A stretch of 27,364 bases of DNA. Source: Bacteroides uniformis. Its GTDB lineage: Bacteria > Bacteroidota > Bacteroidia > Bacteroidales > Paludibacteraceae. Shown here in pieces: positions 26,455-27,364 of this stretch (positions are counted from its first letter, which is position 1; each line of letters begins with the position of its first letter). The DNA lies in assembly GCA_963622435.1 (NCBI GenBank), contig CAVFIY010000002.1, positions 1 through 27,364 of the forward strand. Direction: 5' to 3'. Below the pieces are notes generated by a model, which made no database searches, had not been told where the DNA came from, and saw nothing but the letters and a program-made list of their open reading frames with translations. Position numbers and translations under genes: made by a program.

Positions 26455-26638
26455 AAAAAATTTTTCTATCCCTTTTTCGACAGGTTTTCAACATTCTACA
26501 GACGCGCTACCACGCTGATTTTACGCTCATTATACGACTTGTTTACAAAGTGGGGATTTTTCTCTCTCAATGCACGGTGCGTATGCTGAATGCACAATGC
26601 GTATGCTCTGTCTATAGCACTTCTCTCCTTTGACGGCA

Positions 26639-26681
26639 CAAAGGTACTGCTTTTTCCTCTGCGGCGTTGGTCATTATGAAC
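26639..26681 (-). promoter_or_regulatory. Second, more distal promoter-like element upstream of mraZ
   Basis: On the - strand, GTTCATAATGACCAAC...TACCTTTG with the -7 box at 26639-26646. Confidence 0.55.
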
Positions 26682-26780
26682 GGTTTCACTTTTTCTCTAC
26701 GCACGGTTTCTTTTGAACGGACAGTTCTTTTGAACGGACGGCTACGCCGTATTGTCGTTGATTATTCATAAAAGCAAAGT

Positions 26781-27216
26781 AGCACATCCGGCAGCCTGGG
26801 GGCGTGGGTGTCCTCACCCGCGGCGGCTCGTCAGAGCCGTTTGACTGTGCTACGCTGAGCCCTCCCCGTCTGCCCCAAAATCTCCTGCTCGTTTCACTCG
26901 CGAGAAATGAAAGAAATAAAAGAAATACACACCACTAAAGTCAATGCAAAGACAGCAGCACATCCGGTAGCCTGGGGGCGTGGGTGTCCCCACCCGCGAC
27001 GGCTCGCCAGAGCCGTTTGAACATACTATGCCGAGTTCCACCGCCTGTCCCAAAATCTCCTATGCCGCATACGCGGCAAGAAAAATAAAGGAAAACAAAG
27101 AAAGCCTCCCAACAGCCCCCGCCCCCTCCGTCTTTCTTGCCCCGATAGCGGTTTCTTAGCGCGGGATATTATCCCGCCCTTATGAGCCGCCAGGCTCAAT
27201 TGACTATACTATGCCC
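26781..27216. repeat. Structured two-hairpin repeat: two ~105-bp copies (176-bp period) and a diverged third unit
   Basis: Copies at 26781-26886 and 26957-27061. The third unit at about 27159-27216 has both hairpins and the TTGA..TACTATGCC tail. Confidence 0.85.
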
Positions 27217-27258
27217 AATTCATAATTCATAATTCATAATTCTTAATTCTTAATTAGC
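27217..27258 (-). repeat. Heptamer array, reverse complement of the AATTAWG family
   Basis: AATTCAT x3, AATTCTT x2, AATTAGC. Confidence 0.88.
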
Positions 27259-27312
27259 AAAACCCGTCACCTCCCTTTATCCATGCGCCCTACAGCGGAG
27301 AAAAACGCCCAT

Positions 27313-27341
27313 TTGGTGACGGCTTTTGAAACCGTCACCAA
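27313..27341. repeat. Perfect 10-bp inverted repeat
   Basis: TTGGTGACGG-CTTTTGAAA-CCGTCACCAA. A further CCGTCACC lies at about 27265. Confidence 0.75.
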
Positions 27342-27364
27342 GCCGTCGGCGCCTTTGTGGATGC

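Noticed and set aside
26132..26633. 120-aa N-terminal extension of MraZ and overlapping + strand ORFs
   Set aside because: They are low-complexity translations of repeats that span the predicted promoter and operator.
26890..26910. parS-like sequence GTTTCACTCGCGAGAAAT
   Set aside because: It does not fit the 16-bp TGTTTCACGTGAAACA consensus: extra central bases and a mismatched right arm. I saw no convincing parS in the window.
26268..27061. Possible CRISPR arrays (35-bp and 176-bp period repeats; also 10812-10925)
   Set aside because: There are no unique spacers of uniform 30-40-bp length between identical repeats, too few units, and no cas genes.

Overview
Bacteroidales chromosomal housekeeping window. 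The taxonomy is inferred from the TAnnTTTG promoter elements, the parA-parB-DUF5683-mltD-merR order and the Bacteroidota-type dcw cluster. On the + strand: the 3' end of kduI, a kduD-like SDR, a DUF4861-like lipoprotein, a GT9 glycosyltransferase, parA, parB, DUF5683, a LysM lytic transglycosylase, a MerR-type HTH protein, a YfhO-like membrane protein and gap. On the - strand: a type-B carboxylesterase, a shortened feoB with its small Cys-rich partner, and a dcw cluster mraZ-rsmH-ftsL-ftsI-murE-mraY-murD-ftsW-murG that stops at murG. I saw no transposase, integrase, CRISPR array, tRNA or rRNA. The unexplained structure is almost all intergenic. (1) Three two-hairpin units at 26781-27216 keep their stems while changing sequence. 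(2) A composite element (20-mer, heptamer array, palindrome and promoter) occurs twice about 10.1 kb apart, and one copy has no gene downstream. (3) An ATGAC/ATGCG motif lies exactly 23 bp upstream of five TAnnTTTG boxes. (4) Heptamer arrays are anchored on stop codons. (5) An identical 32-mer occurs twice 14.5 kb apart. Protein-level oddities are a FeoB lacking the G2/G3 motifs and a GT9 with Asn at the usual catalytic Asp position. All product calls come from motif recognition by eye, not from database searches.
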